Shown here one piece after another: positions 19,434 through 28,885 of a DNA stretch of 64,000 bases (positions are counted from its first letter, which is position 1; each line of letters starts with the position of its first letter). Under the pieces are notes generated by a model. That model was not told where the DNA came from. It worked only from the letters and a program-made list of their open reading frames with translations, and ran no database searches. Source of the stretch: an uncultured delta proteobacterium (GTDB taxonomy: Bacteria > Desulfobacterota > WTBG01); the NCBI GenBank assembly GCA_963793865.1, contig CAWCBP010000001.1:704001-768000 (forward strand), in the 5' to 3' direction. A program made the position numbers and the translations under genes.

Positions 19434-20093
19434 ATGAGAAAAGGTATCGAGAGGTCCATGCAACTGCCGTCCGTCGGAATTGCGGTAATGCTCATCATCC
19501 TCCCGGTTGCAATTATGTCCTGTTCAGCGTTCCTGAAATCAGGAAAAGCGCATGGGGACATATCGTCAGCTGCGGCTACAGAACAGCAGTCGGTAAATAA
19601 AGAGAAAAACAGGTATTGTGAAATAACTGCCTGTATTGGTGAAATAAAAGACGAATGCGAAGTGAGAATCGGGATAATGAAAAACTATGACGCAACCGTG
19701 AATACCAAAAACGGTGGCGATTATATTCTCAAGGTAGACAAGGCCATGGCGATTGAGTTTTTAAAAGACTGGATTTTGAAGGGCTCTTTGACGCTGAACA
19801 GGTTGGGGGCCGGCGATAAGCTTTTGTACAGAACATATGCGGAAGAAGACAGCGAGTATTATGCTCGACACTACAGCAGTCTTGTGAGAGTAATGAGAAA
19901 AATAAGTGTTGATGAACAGGCTCCCGGATATAAGTTTTCCTTCAGGCAACTGTTTGAAGCAGCTGAATCGATGCTGCAAAAGGATAGGGTTCAGCTGGGT
20001 CAGGAAACGCTCATGGTGAAAAAGCGGATATTCCCGGAATCACCTGTGGATCCCTTCTTCGCATCTCCCATAAAGCAGATGGAGCTTTATTAG
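19434..20093 (+). CDS. Hypothetical lipoprotein
   Basis: Hydrophobic N-terminus ending IMSC; followed by terminator. Confidence 0.6.
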   Translation: MRKGIERSMQLPSVGIAVMLIILPVAIMSCSAFLKSGKAHGDISSAAATEQQSVNKEKNRYCEITACIGEIKDECEVRIGIMKNYDATVNTKNGGDYILKVDKAMAIEFLKDWILKGSLTLNRLGAGDKLLYRTYAEEDSEYYARHYSSLVRVMRKISVDEQAPGYKFSFRQLFEAAESMLQKDRVQLGQETLMVKKRIFPESPVDPFFASPIKQMELY

Positions 20094-20120
20094 CTCTTGA
20101 TGCCGGCTATGCAAGGGGGT

Positions 20121-20157
20121 AAAAAAGGCAGGGCCCATATGGGAGACCTGCCTTTTT
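20121..20157. terminator. Bidirectional intrinsic terminator
   Basis: aaaaaaggcagg...cctgccttttt between convergent genes. Confidence 0.75.
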
Positions 20158-20185
20158 AGCTTACGATTCAGAATGAATAGAATTT

Positions 20186-20452
20186 TTATAACAATACAAT
20201 CATTGGCGGAAGAACGCCTCCAACCGCATCAGAGTAACTTGCAAGCAAAGTTTCGACTTTTAAAACCCTCATAAAAGCAGTTATAAAAAGCAAGACGTCA
20301 AGTACCAGCCCCACCATGATTGACGATTGGTCTGTTAGATCTCTGATTTTTCCTGCAGTCGATGTGAGTGGCTTGAGTAATCGTGCTGCGATGTCGTCAT
20401 AAGCTAAATGTATTTTGAGATACTCAATTGGCTGAATTGATGTAACTCTCAT
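20186..20452 (-). CDS. Small hypothetical membrane protein (88 aa)
   Basis: RBS aaaggagg; one hydrophobic segment. Confidence 0.55.
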   Translation of the reverse strand: MRVTSIQPIEYLKIHLAYDDIAARLLKPLTSTAGKIRDLTDQSSIMVGLVLDVLLFITAFMRVLKVETLLASYSDAVGGVLPPMIVLL

Positions 20453-20661
20453 GGCAATTCCTCCTTTCTTAAACTCTCCATCCATCTGCAATCACATGTT
20501 TACTTTTGGATTACTGGTTTGTGATCGGGGATTTCTGGAAGAGCAATTATAAAATCGGAATCCCAATCTTTAGCAGATAACGTTACACTGCGTTACTCAA
20601 TAACACCTCCTTTCATGCATGCACTGCATCAGGTTTTTACTATGGTTAACAGGGAGCTCAA

Positions 20662-20689
20662 ATTATAAAACTATTTACAGTTAATACAA
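20662..20689 (-). promoter_or_regulatory. Putative sigma70 promoter
   Basis: Minus strand TTGTAT-16 nt-TATAAT. Confidence 0.45.
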
Positions 20690-20891
20690 GGGTAAATTTT
20701 CAGGTTTTTTTATCATATACTATAATTGGTATAACAAACTGAACACACATCCGCATATGGTAGAGGTTGTCGAAAAAAAAGTGATCGTTTGGTTGCGCCG
20801 AATGAATTAAATTTAAAATAATGCTGCTACGTTCACAAACGAAAACTCAAGAAGATGATTTTTTGTGAAAACCTGAGGTTTAGCATGATGT

Positions 20892-22331
20892 TTAGTTATC
20901 CTCATACAAACTGCCAGCGGCCCAATCAAAATCCCCTGTTGCACTGCGGTTCCATCCCCCGCCCACAGTGGCTCTTGGACCGCTTGCTGAATTGTCTCTC
21001 CCACCACTCACGCTGGAAAAATTACCGCTTGCAGTGTTATATATGCCTCCGCTCACGCTGGAATACTCGCCGCTTGCCGAATTATTTCCTCCCCCGCTCA
21101 CGCTGGAATAAAAACTGCTTGCTTTATTACTCAACCCCCCGCTCACGCTTGATTTCTCCCCCATAGTGTGGTCTGTCAGGGTCGGATCTCCTGCTATGTT
21201 ATCCATTCCTCCAAGCACCGCTGAATAGTGGGCAAATGCAGTATTCCCATCTGCTGCTGTGTCGCCACCACCGCCGCCAACAAAGGAATAATCGCCGCTG
21301 GCAATATTATACCTGCCCCCGCTAACGCTGGCATTTGTGCCACTGGCTTCATTATTCCTACCGCCACTGATGCTGGCATTTTGGCCGCTTGCTTTGTTTG
21401 CAAGCCCCCCACCCACACTGGCCCTTTCGCCGGTTGGATTATTATAGCTACCCCCACATACTGTGGAATACATACCGATGCTGGTGTCTTCAATAGCGGG
21501 ATCGCCCGCAGTGTTAACCGTGCCTCCCAGCATTGCTGAATAGTCACCAACTGCCCAGTTACCAAGCTCGGGATTCGCACTTCCGCCACCGCCTACAAAA
21601 GAAAACATTCCAATGGCTTGATTATTGCCGCCTCCACTTATGCTGGCCGCTGTGGCGCCAGCTTCATTATTTGTTCCCCCGCTCACGCTGGATTGTATGC
21701 CGCTTGCTGTGTTCCCGCTTCCTCCACTCACACTGGCAAATTGGCCTCTTGCTTCGTTATACGATCCCCCGCTCACACTGGACATCATGACGCTTGCAGT
21801 ATTAGATTCTCCACCGCTCACAGTGGCATATTCCCCGGAAATAGTATTATAATGACCTGCTACCAGTCCCCCATACGATGAATAGTTGTGTTGTGAACCG
21901 ACTACTATATTGTGTGACCCGGTACGATCATCAGTGCCACCACCGCGAAGTTCATTATATCCTACAACCAGGTTACCCAGACCATTAACTTCTCCGTATG
22001 TATTTCCGCTCCCATCAACAATATGTACATTCACCCCGCTCAAGGTTAAATCATTCCCGTTCCTGGTTACATTTGCCAACAGTGCTTCCAGTTGTGCAAT
22101 CCGCATTTCCAACTGCTCGGCTGTCTGGCACTCTATCACCGGGCAGGGATTTAATAATGAACTTCTGCCAAAATCAGACTTGAACACAAAGGCATCCGAA
22201 CCATCCTGATCCTGATCGTTGTCAAAATTGCCTTCACAGTAGTCAACCGGTTGTGCCATGACAGATGATAAGGATAGTGAAAACATAAAAACTGCTGCAA
22301 CTGCTAAAACTACCGTTAGTCTTTTCATCAT
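20892..22331 (-). CDS. Secreted adhesin-like protein: N-terminal dockerin-like motif, short coiled coil and many 14-residue SVSGGxxNxAxG beta-roll repeats
   Basis: RBS aaggagg; signal peptide; YCEGNFDNDQDQDGSDAFVFKSDFGRS; LEMRIAQLEALL; repeats resembling YadA/Hep-Hag heads; no beta-barrel anchor. Confidence 0.75.
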   Translation of the reverse strand: MMKRLTVVLAVAAVFMFSLSLSSVMAQPVDYCEGNFDNDQDQDGSDAFVFKSDFGRSSLLNPCPVIECQTAEQLEMRIAQLEALLANVTRNGNDLTLSGVNVHIVDGSGNTYGEVNGLGNLVVGYNELRGGGTDDRTGSHNIVVGSQHNYSSYGGLVAGHYNTISGEYATVSGGESNTASVMMSSVSGGSYNEARGQFASVSGGSGNTASGIQSSVSGGTNNEAGATAASISGGGNNQAIGMFSFVGGGGSANPELGNWAVGDYSAMLGGTVNTAGDPAIEDTSIGMYSTVCGGSYNNPTGERASVGGGLANKASGQNASISGGRNNEASGTNASVSGGRYNIASGDYSFVGGGGGDTAADGNTAFAHYSAVLGGMDNIAGDPTLTDHTMGEKSSVSGGLSNKASSFYSSVSGGGNNSASGEYSSVSGGIYNTASGNFSSVSGGRDNSASGPRATVGGGWNRSATGDFDWAAGSLYEDN

Positions 22332-22498
22332 CGTACCCTCCTTTAAATAAAATTTCCCCACTTCATCCCGTGACCACTATGGTCATAGAAAAAGCGGGGC
22401 AATTATTGTACAGCGTGTACTCACCGAATTTCCCCCTCACAGCTATTAAACATTATAATCTAATCATAAAAGGCCTCATTTTTGCAAGGACAACAAAA

Positions 22499-22530
22499 CA
22501 GCCCCCCAGCCTATCATTGGCGGAGGGGCG
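22499..22530 (-). terminator. Terminator-like hairpin, copy 1 of a duplicated element
   Basis: cagccccccagccta...ggaggggc, U-rich tail on minus strand. Confidence 0.55.
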
Positions 22531-22612
22531 GGATCGCAAGATTTTCACTTTTAATAATATTTATCTCATTCGTTTGATTTATCTGTTACCGATAATAAAT
22601 AACTGCACCTGC

Positions 22613-22870
22613 TCAGCCGAAGTGGCCCACTCTTTTTACTATTGGAGCTACCACAAGGGGCTGGCTGATTTTAACGATATGCAGTTCTTCCAATACCTTT
22701 CTTACACACACGCCAAGAAATATCGCCCACAGCAAAACCACAACCCAAGCTACAACAAAACGTGCCGCAAACATGAAAACAAACAGCGATGCTGTGAATA
22801 TCCTTAGCTCGTATAGTAAAAAGATACCTAGCAATGCTATGATAAATGCAACTGCTAATTTTTTCTTCAT
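22613..22870 (-). CDS. Small hydrophobic membrane protein downstream of c-di-GMP riboswitch
   Basis: RBS ggggg; MKKK followed by two to three hydrophobic segments. Confidence 0.55.
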   Translation of the reverse strand: MKKKLAVAFIIALLGIFLLYELRIFTASLFVFMFAARFVVAWVVVLLWAIFLGVCVRKVLEELHIVKISQPLVVAPIVKRVGHFG

Positions 22871-22907
22871 AGCGACCCCCTACGTTAGGATGCTCAGTAG
22901 CAAATAT

Positions 22908-23052
22908 AAAAAGCTGCCGTGTCTTATTCCAAAGTACAGTACATTCGGCAGCTCAGCCTTCTATTGAACCAATCCCAGAAGCACGTTCTAACTACAGCAA
23001 TAGAACTGTGGCTTTCCGTCCCCCGATTACTCGAGGTTTGGCTTTATCGTTG
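22908..23052 (-). ncRNA. Cyclic di-GMP-I (GEMM-I) riboswitch with overlapping intrinsic terminator
   Basis: Minus strand CGATAAAGCCAAACCTCGA-GTAA-TCGGGGGACGGAAAGCCACAGTTCTATTG...CAATAGAAGGCTGAGCTGCCGAA, then AGCTGCCG...CGGCAGCTTTTT terminator. Confidence 0.85.
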
Positions 23053-23140
23053 TGTTTAAATTATTTATACCCATAAAAACACAGAAAAGTAAATAGGCAA
23101 AACTCTGATTTTTAACTTCGAAAAACCTGATTTTTGACAA

Positions 23141-23175
23141 AGCAGCCCCCCAGCCTAATAGTGGCCAAGGGGCTA
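23141..23175 (-). terminator. Terminator-like hairpin, copy 2 of a duplicated element
   Basis: cagccccccagccta...caaggggct just downstream of the DUF1566 gene. Confidence 0.6.
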
Positions 23176-23216
23176 TTTTGCAAAGAGGTTAATGTAGCGA
23201 GGATGGATAACTCACA

Positions 23217-23946
23217 TCAAAACGGCGTCAGCACCCGTCCTCCTCTGACAGGCCATACAAAGCCGTAGTTAATTTTAAGGCTGCTGCTCGCGGAACCAAC
23301 GTTCATGTTAACACTCCAAGCAAAGGGAGTATCAAGGATGTAAGTAGTGGACGACCAGTAATAGTTTAACCGCACGTTAGTAAATGGATGCTCAGAGGGG
23401 AGTGCTGGAGAAGCATTTTCAGGATCAACCAAACTAAACAATTCCCTGTAATTAGGAAGACGCCAATCACCGGCACCGGAGCCATCGGTAAGTCCACAGC
23501 TACCACTTGCCAAGCCATTGCAATCCGATAGTGCCTGATCCCATGTTCGTGTGGAAAAACAATCGGCATTCTTTAGCCAAATCAGTCCTGTTAATGTGTC
23601 CAGTACGGTCCCATCTCCATTATCAGTGAATCGTGGATTTGGCCAGGCAATCCCACTCTGGTATTCTCCGTTTTCACCAGTGCCGACACAGTTTCTTAGC
23701 GTTCCAGTGGAATCATAACATAGTCTTTGCCCTGTCATGGGAATTGGAGCGGGTCCATCTTCAGGACAAGGATCAATTATTCCACTTCTTCCAAAATCAG
23801 TTTTAAAGGTAAAAGCATCAGTACCATCCTGCGTCTCTATCATAGTCAAAGTTACCTTCACAATAGTCAACTTGTGCTATGGCTAACGGTGTTAACATAA
23901 AAGAAAGACATACAACCAAACCCAACAGCTTTACCAGCTTACGCAT
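23217..23946 (-). CDS. Secreted DUF1566/Lcl-C domain protein with N-terminal dockerin-like motif; one extra base near 23832
   Basis: RBS aggagg; MRKLVKLLG...AQVDYCEGNFDYDRD then +1 base then QDGTDAFTFKTDFGRS; RFTDNGDGTV.D.LTGLIW, DWRLPN..EL.SL, YWSST, VWPVRGG. Confidence 0.8.
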
Positions 23947-24063
23947 CTCCTACCTCCTCCTTGTCGATTGATTATTATTGGCTCACACAGACTCTCAACG
24001 GAAAACAATAAAAAAAGGCAGTTATTAGTATTGCCATAACCACCTCTTTTTTCAATTGCTTTT

Positions 24064-24139
<76 letters not shown>

Positions 24140-24229
24140 GCCATTGAATTGCATGATAAAATCTATAAGAAAACGTGCAACACTTATAGCCCCTTTGGGA
24201 GGGTTTGTCAACAAAATGCCGAGGCATTC

Positions 24230-25654
24230 CTAGGAGTCGGTAGGGATGCCCTTGCTCTTACCGGTCCAACAGTAGGTACACACCTTTTCCTGCGGCAGCC
24301 CGATTGCCTTGATCATTTTGTTCAGCTTCTGGTAGCGCAGGGAGGTGACGCCGATCTTCCGCCCGATGGTATCGACCATTGCGGCATATCGCTCAGATGA
24401 ATCGTCGGCGTATTGTTCAAGTGCTGTTTTGGGGCCGTCGCCTTCCATCTCGATGATGGCTTTTCGCGCGGCGAGATCCAGCTCGGATCGGAAGCGGGAA
24501 AAGTTGAGAAATTTGCAGCCGAAGATCAGGGGAGGGCAGGCGGGTCGCAGGTGGATCTCACGCGCGCCGTATTCGTACAGCCGCTCCAGGGTTACCCTGA
24601 GCTGGGTGCCCCGGACAATGGAGTCATCGCAGAAGAGCAGGCGCTTGCCTTCGGTCAGCTCTTTTATGGGAATCAATTTCATCTTGGCTATCAGGTCACG
24701 GGTATACTGCTGCTGGGGCATGAAGCTCCTTGGCCAGGTGGGCGTGTATTTGACGAAAGGGCGGGAATAGCGTAAACGCGACTTGGCGGCAAACCCGAGG
24801 GCGTGGGCAATGCCCGAGTCGGGGATGCCGGACACGGAGTCCACCTCGACCGTCTCATCCTCGGCAAGCGCGGCGCCGCAGCGGTAGCGGGTGGCCTCGA
24901 CGTTGATGCCCTCATAACTGGAGGCAGGGTAGCCGTAATAGATCCACAGGAAACAGCAGATGTGCAGGTCGTTATTGGGCGGGTTTTTCTGCTCAATGCC
25001 GTCAGGGGTGAGCAGCACCGTTTCGCCGGGGCCCAGGTCCCGTTCCACAGAATACCCCAGATTGGGCAGTGCGGAAGTCTCCATGGTGACGGCAAAGCCG
25101 TCCTCATTCCTTCCGATGATGACCGGGGTTCTCCCGTAGCGGTCGCGGGCGGCATAAATCCCCTTTTGGGTGAGCAGCAGCAGCGAGCAGGATCCCTGGA
25201 TCTGTTCCTGCACATTTTTTATTCCCTGCTCAAAGCTCTCCTCCTGGTCTATAAGGGTTGCTATCAGTTCAGTGGGATTGATTTCGTTGCCGCTCATCTC
25301 GGAAAAATGGATGCCCCGTTTGCGGAAGGCCTGCTGGGCAAGGGCCGTGGCGTTTTTCACCACGCCCACCGTAACCATCGCATAGCGCCCGAGGTGTGAG
25401 CCGATGATGAGGGGCTGGTCCTCGTAATCGCTGATGACCCCGATTCCGCACCTTCCGTGCATGGTGGTTATGTCATATTCGAACTTGCTCCTGAAGGGCG
25501 AGTTGCTGATATCGTGAATGAACCTGGTGAACCGGCCGTCGTTAATTGTGGCCAGGCCGCCGCGGCGGGTGCCGAGATGAGAATGATAGTCGGTTCCGTA
25601 GAAAAGGTCTGAAACACAGTCCTGCTTTGAGACAACACCGAAGAATCCGCCCAC
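24230..25654 (-). CDS. purF: Amidophosphoribosyltransferase, variant lacking the N-terminal Cys
   Basis: Ntn domain plus PRTase motif FCDDSIVRGT, CTYCWTG; N-terminus MGGFFG (GTG start). Confidence 0.88.
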   Translation of the reverse strand: MGGFFGVVSKQDCVSDLFYGTDYHSHLGTRRGGLATINDGRFTRFIHDISNSPFRSKFEYDITTMHGRCGIGVISDYEDQPLIIGSHLGRYAMVTVGVVKNATALAQQAFRKRGIHFSEMSGNEINPTELIATLIDQEESFEQGIKNVQEQIQGSCSLLLLTQKGIYAARDRYGRTPVIIGRNEDGFAVTMETSALPNLGYSVERDLGPGETVLLTPDGIEQKNPPNNDLHICCFLWIYYGYPASSYEGINVEATRYRCGAALAEDETVEVDSVSGIPDSGIAHALGFAAKSRLRYSRPFVKYTPTWPRSFMPQQQYTRDLIAKMKLIPIKELTEGKRLLFCDDSIVRGTQLRVTLERLYEYGAREIHLRPACPPLIFGCKFLNFSRFRSELDLAARKAIIEMEGDGPKTALEQYADDSSERYAAMVDTIGRKIGVTSLRYQKLNKMIKAIGLPQEKVCTYCWTGKSKGIPTDS

Positions 25655-25663
25655 GGCTGCTCC

Positions 25664-25691
25664 TTAATGGTTTACGGTTAACGGTTAATGA
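25664..25691. repeat. Degenerate heptamer tandem repeat (4 copies)
   Basis: ttaatgg tttacgg ttaacgg ttaatga fills the carB-purF spacer and overlaps the carB stop. Confidence 0.5.
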
Positions 25692-28600
25692 AAGTCCGCA
25701 TGATAGCGCTGCAGCGATTTAACATCAATCGGGCTGTTACTGCATGCCTCAATGCCCTTGGCGGCAGCCAGGGCTGCCGCTATGGTAGTCACATACGGGA
25801 CCCGGTACCTGATGGCCGCCTTGCGAATATATGAATCATCGGCCTTGCTGGCCTTGCCGCGGGGCGTGTTGATGACGATCTGGATTTCCCCGTTTTTAAT
25901 CAGGTCCGCAATGTGGGGACGGCTCTCGTGCATTTTGTTTACCGCCTGGGAGGAAATGCCATGGCGGCCGAGCGCATCCTTCGTGCCGCCCGTGGCCATG
26001 ATGGCGAAGCCGAGACCCTGGAATCGCCTCGCGACGTCTATCACCGCCGCCTTGTCCTTGTCGGCAACCGTGATCAGCACCGTGCCGGAGAGGGGGAGGC
26101 GACTTTGGGCCGCGTCCTGCGCCTTGAAGTAGGCCATGCCGAATGAGGATGCCATGCCCAGAACCTCGCCCGTAGATCTCATCTCGGGTCCTAAAACCGG
26201 GTCCACCTCGGGATAGAAATAGAAAGGGAAGACGGCCTCCTTCACCCCGTAGTGTGAAAGGGGTCTCGATTTCAGGTTCAGATCCCTGATCTTTTTGCCC
26301 AGCATGAGCTGCGTGGCGATGCGGGCCATGGAGATGCCGCACACCTTGCTTACCAGGGGCACGGTCCTGCTGGCCCGCGGGTTGGCCTCAAGGATGTAAA
26401 CCATGTCCCGGTAAATGGCGTACTGTATGTTCATCAGGCCGACCACATGCAGCTCCAGGGCGATGGTGCGGGTGTACTCGATAATGGTATCGATGTGCTT
26501 GGCGGGAATGGTGATGGGAGGGATGACGCAGGCGGAATCACCCGAGTGAATGCCCGCCTCCTCGATGTGCTCCATGACCGCGGGGACAAACACCTCGACG
26601 CCGTCGGCGATGGCATCGGCCTCCGCCTCGATGGCGTTGTCCAGAAACTTGTCAATGAGAATGGGGCGCTCCGGCGAAATATCCACCGCCGCCTTCACGT
26701 AACGCCTGAGCATGGACTCGTCGTGCACGATCTCCATGGCCCGCCCGCCCAGCACAAAAGACGGCCGTACCATGAGCGGGTAGCCGATCCGGGCTGCAAT
26801 GTCCATTGCCTGGTCAAGGGTGCTGGCCATGCCGCTTTCCGGCTGGGGTATGTTCAGCTTCTGCATTTTCTGTCGGAAGCGGTCGCGGTCCTCGGCCAGC
26901 CCGATGGTGTCCACCGAGGTGCCGATGATGGTTACCCCCGCCTCCTCGAGCTCGGCGGCGATGTTGAGCGGCGTCTGGCCGCCGAACTGGCAGATGATGC
27001 CCGCGGGCTTTTCCTTCTCATAAATGCTGAGCACATCCTCGACCGTCAGGGGCTCGAAATACAGCTTGTTGGAGGTGTCATAATCGGTGGATACCGTTTC
27101 GGGATTGCAGTTGACCATGATGGATTCGATGCCGACATCGCGCAGGGCGAACGCGGCATGCACGCAGCAGTAGTCGAACTCGATTCCCTGGCCGATGCGG
27201 TTCGGCCCTCCGCCGAGCACCATCACCTTGCGGTTGGGGGAAACGGTGGTGACATCCGGGGCGTTGTAGGTGGAGTAGTAATAGGCGGCCTTTTCCACGC
27301 CGCTCACCGGCACCGGGTGCCAGCCCTCGACCACGCCCAGCTTTGTGCGGCGGGCGCGGATCTCCTTCTCCGGAATGTTCAGCAGCCCGGAAAGGTAGCG
27401 GTCGGCAAAACCGTCCTTTTTTGCCTGTACCAGCAGGGCGTCGGGAAGCTCTTTGCCCCTGAAGGCAAGCAGCTGTTCTTCCAGCTCCACCAGCTCCTGC
27501 ATCTGCTTGATGAACCAGGTCTTGATGTGGGTCTTTTCAAAAAGCGCCTCCGGGGAGGCTCCCTTGCGCAGGGCCTCATACATGATGAACTGGCGCTCGC
27601 TTGAAGGTTCATTGAGCAGGGCCATCAACTCTTCGAGCGATCGCCTGTTATAATCCCTGGCGAAACCGAGGCCGTAGCGGCCGTCCTCACGGGAGCGGAT
27701 GGCCTTCTGAAACGCCTCCTTGTAATTCTTGCCGATGCTCATCACCTCGCCCACCGCCTTCATCTGCGTGCCCAGCTTGTCCTCCAGCCCCTCGAATTTC
27801 TCAAAGGCCCAGCGGGAGAACTTGACCACCACGTAGTCGCCCGAGGGGGTGTATTTTTCAAGGGTGCCGTCGCGCCAGTAGGGGATTTCATCCAGCGTCA
27901 GACCCCCGGCTAAAAGTGACGAGACGTAGGCAATGGGAAAGCCGGTCGCCTTGGAGGCCAGCGCGGATGATCTGGAGGTGCGGGGGTTGATCTCAATGAT
28001 CACCACCCGGCCTGTCTTTGGATCGTGTGCGAACTGGATGTTGGTGCCGCCGATAACGCCGATGGACTCCACCACATCGTAGGAATACTGCTGCAGCCGC
28101 TTCTGCAGGTCGGGGGAGATGGTGAGCATGGGCGCGGTGCAGTAGCTGTCGCCGGTATGCACGCCCATGGCGTCAACATTCTCGATGAAGCACACGGTGA
28201 TCATCTGGTTTTTGGAGTCGCGCACCACCTCCAGCTCCAGTTCCTCCCAGCCGAGCACCGATTCCTCAACCAGTATCTGGCCCACCAGGCTGGCCTGCAG
28301 ACCCCGCGCGGCGATGGTGCGGAACTCCTCCATGTTATACACCAGGCCGCCCCCGGTCCCTCCCATGGTATAGGCCGGGCGGATGACGCAGGGAAGCCCG
28401 ATATCGGCCACTATTTTTTCAGCCTCCTCCATGGTGTTGGCGACGGCGCTTCGGGGCATGTCAATCCCGAGATTGTTCATGGTGTCCTTAAAGGCCTGGC
28501 GGTCCTCCCCGCGCCTGATGGCATCCACCTGGACCCCGATGACCTTGACGCCGTATTTGTCGAGCACGCCGGCTCGGGCAAGCTCCGAGGACAAATTGAG

Positions 28601-28885
28601 CCCCGACTGGCCGCCCAGATTGGGGAGCAGGGCATCCGGCCGTTCCTTTTCTATGATCTTGGTCATGGATTCGACGGTGAGCGGTTCCAGGTAGGTGGTA
28701 TCCGCCATCTCCGGATCGGTCATGATGGTCGCGGGGTTGGAGTTGGCAAGAACAATTTTGTAGCCCAGGCTGCGCAGGGCCTTGCAGGCCTGAGTCCCTG
28801 AGTAGTCGAACTCACAAGCCTGCCCGATGACGATGGGACCGGAACCGATGATCATCACCTTGCGAATGTCAGTGCGTTTTGGCAT
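25685..28885 (-). CDS. carB: Carbamoyl-phosphate synthase large subunit
   Basis: MPKRTDI...GSGPIVIGQACEFDYSG, GPNRIGQGIEFDY, two ATP-grasp domains, MGS-like C-terminus. Confidence 0.98.
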   Translation of the reverse strand: MPKRTDIRKVMIIGSGPIVIGQACEFDYSGTQACKALRSLGYKIVLANSNPATIMTDPEMADTTYLEPLTVESMTKIIEKERPDALLPNLGGQSGLNLSSELARAGVLDKYGVKVIGVQVDAIRRGEDRQAFKDTMNNLGIDMPRSAVANTMEEAEKIVADIGLPCVIRPAYTMGGTGGGLVYNMEEFRTIAARGLQASLVGQILVEESVLGWEELELEVVRDSKNQMITVCFIENVDAMGVHTGDSYCTAPMLTISPDLQKRLQQYSYDVVESIGVIGGTNIQFAHDPKTGRVVIIEINPRTSRSSALASKATGFPIAYVSSLLAGGLTLDEIPYWRDGTLEKYTPSGDYVVVKFSRWAFEKFEGLEDKLGTQMKAVGEVMSIGKNYKEAFQKAIRSREDGRYGLGFARDYNRRSLEELMALLNEPSSERQFIMYEALRKGASPEALFEKTHIKTWFIKQMQELVELEEQLLAFRGKELPDALLVQAKKDGFADRYLSGLLNIPEKEIRARRTKLGVVEGWHPVPVSGVEKAAYYYSTYNAPDVTTVSPNRKVMVLGGGPNRIGQGIEFDYCCVHAAFALRDVGIESIMVNCNPETVSTDYDTSNKLYFEPLTVEDVLSIYEKEKPAGIICQFGGQTPLNIAAELEEAGVTIIGTSVDTIGLAEDRDRFRQKMQKLNIPQPESGMASTLDQAMDIAARIGYPLMVRPSFVLGGRAMEIVHDESMLRRYVKAAVDISPERPILIDKFLDNAIEAEADAIADGVEVFVPAVMEHIEEAGIHSGDSACVIPPITIPAKHIDTIIEYTRTIALELHVVGLMNIQYAIYRDMVYILEANPRASRTVPLVSKVCGISMARIATQLMLGKKIRDLNLKSRPLSHYGVKEAVFPFYFYPEVDPVLGPEMRSTGEVLGMASSFGMAYFKAQDAAQSRLPLSGTVLITVADKDKAAVIDVARRFQGLGFAIMATGGTKDALGRHGISSQAVNKMHESRPHIADLIKNGEIQIVINTPRGKASKADDSYIRKAAIRYRVPYVTTIAAALAAAKGIEACSNSPIDVKSLQRYHADFH

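Noticed and set aside
26447..28801. Long plus-strand ORFs (385 and 258 aa) and similar ones such as 35886..37091
   Set aside because: Antisense shadows of GC-rich genuine genes.
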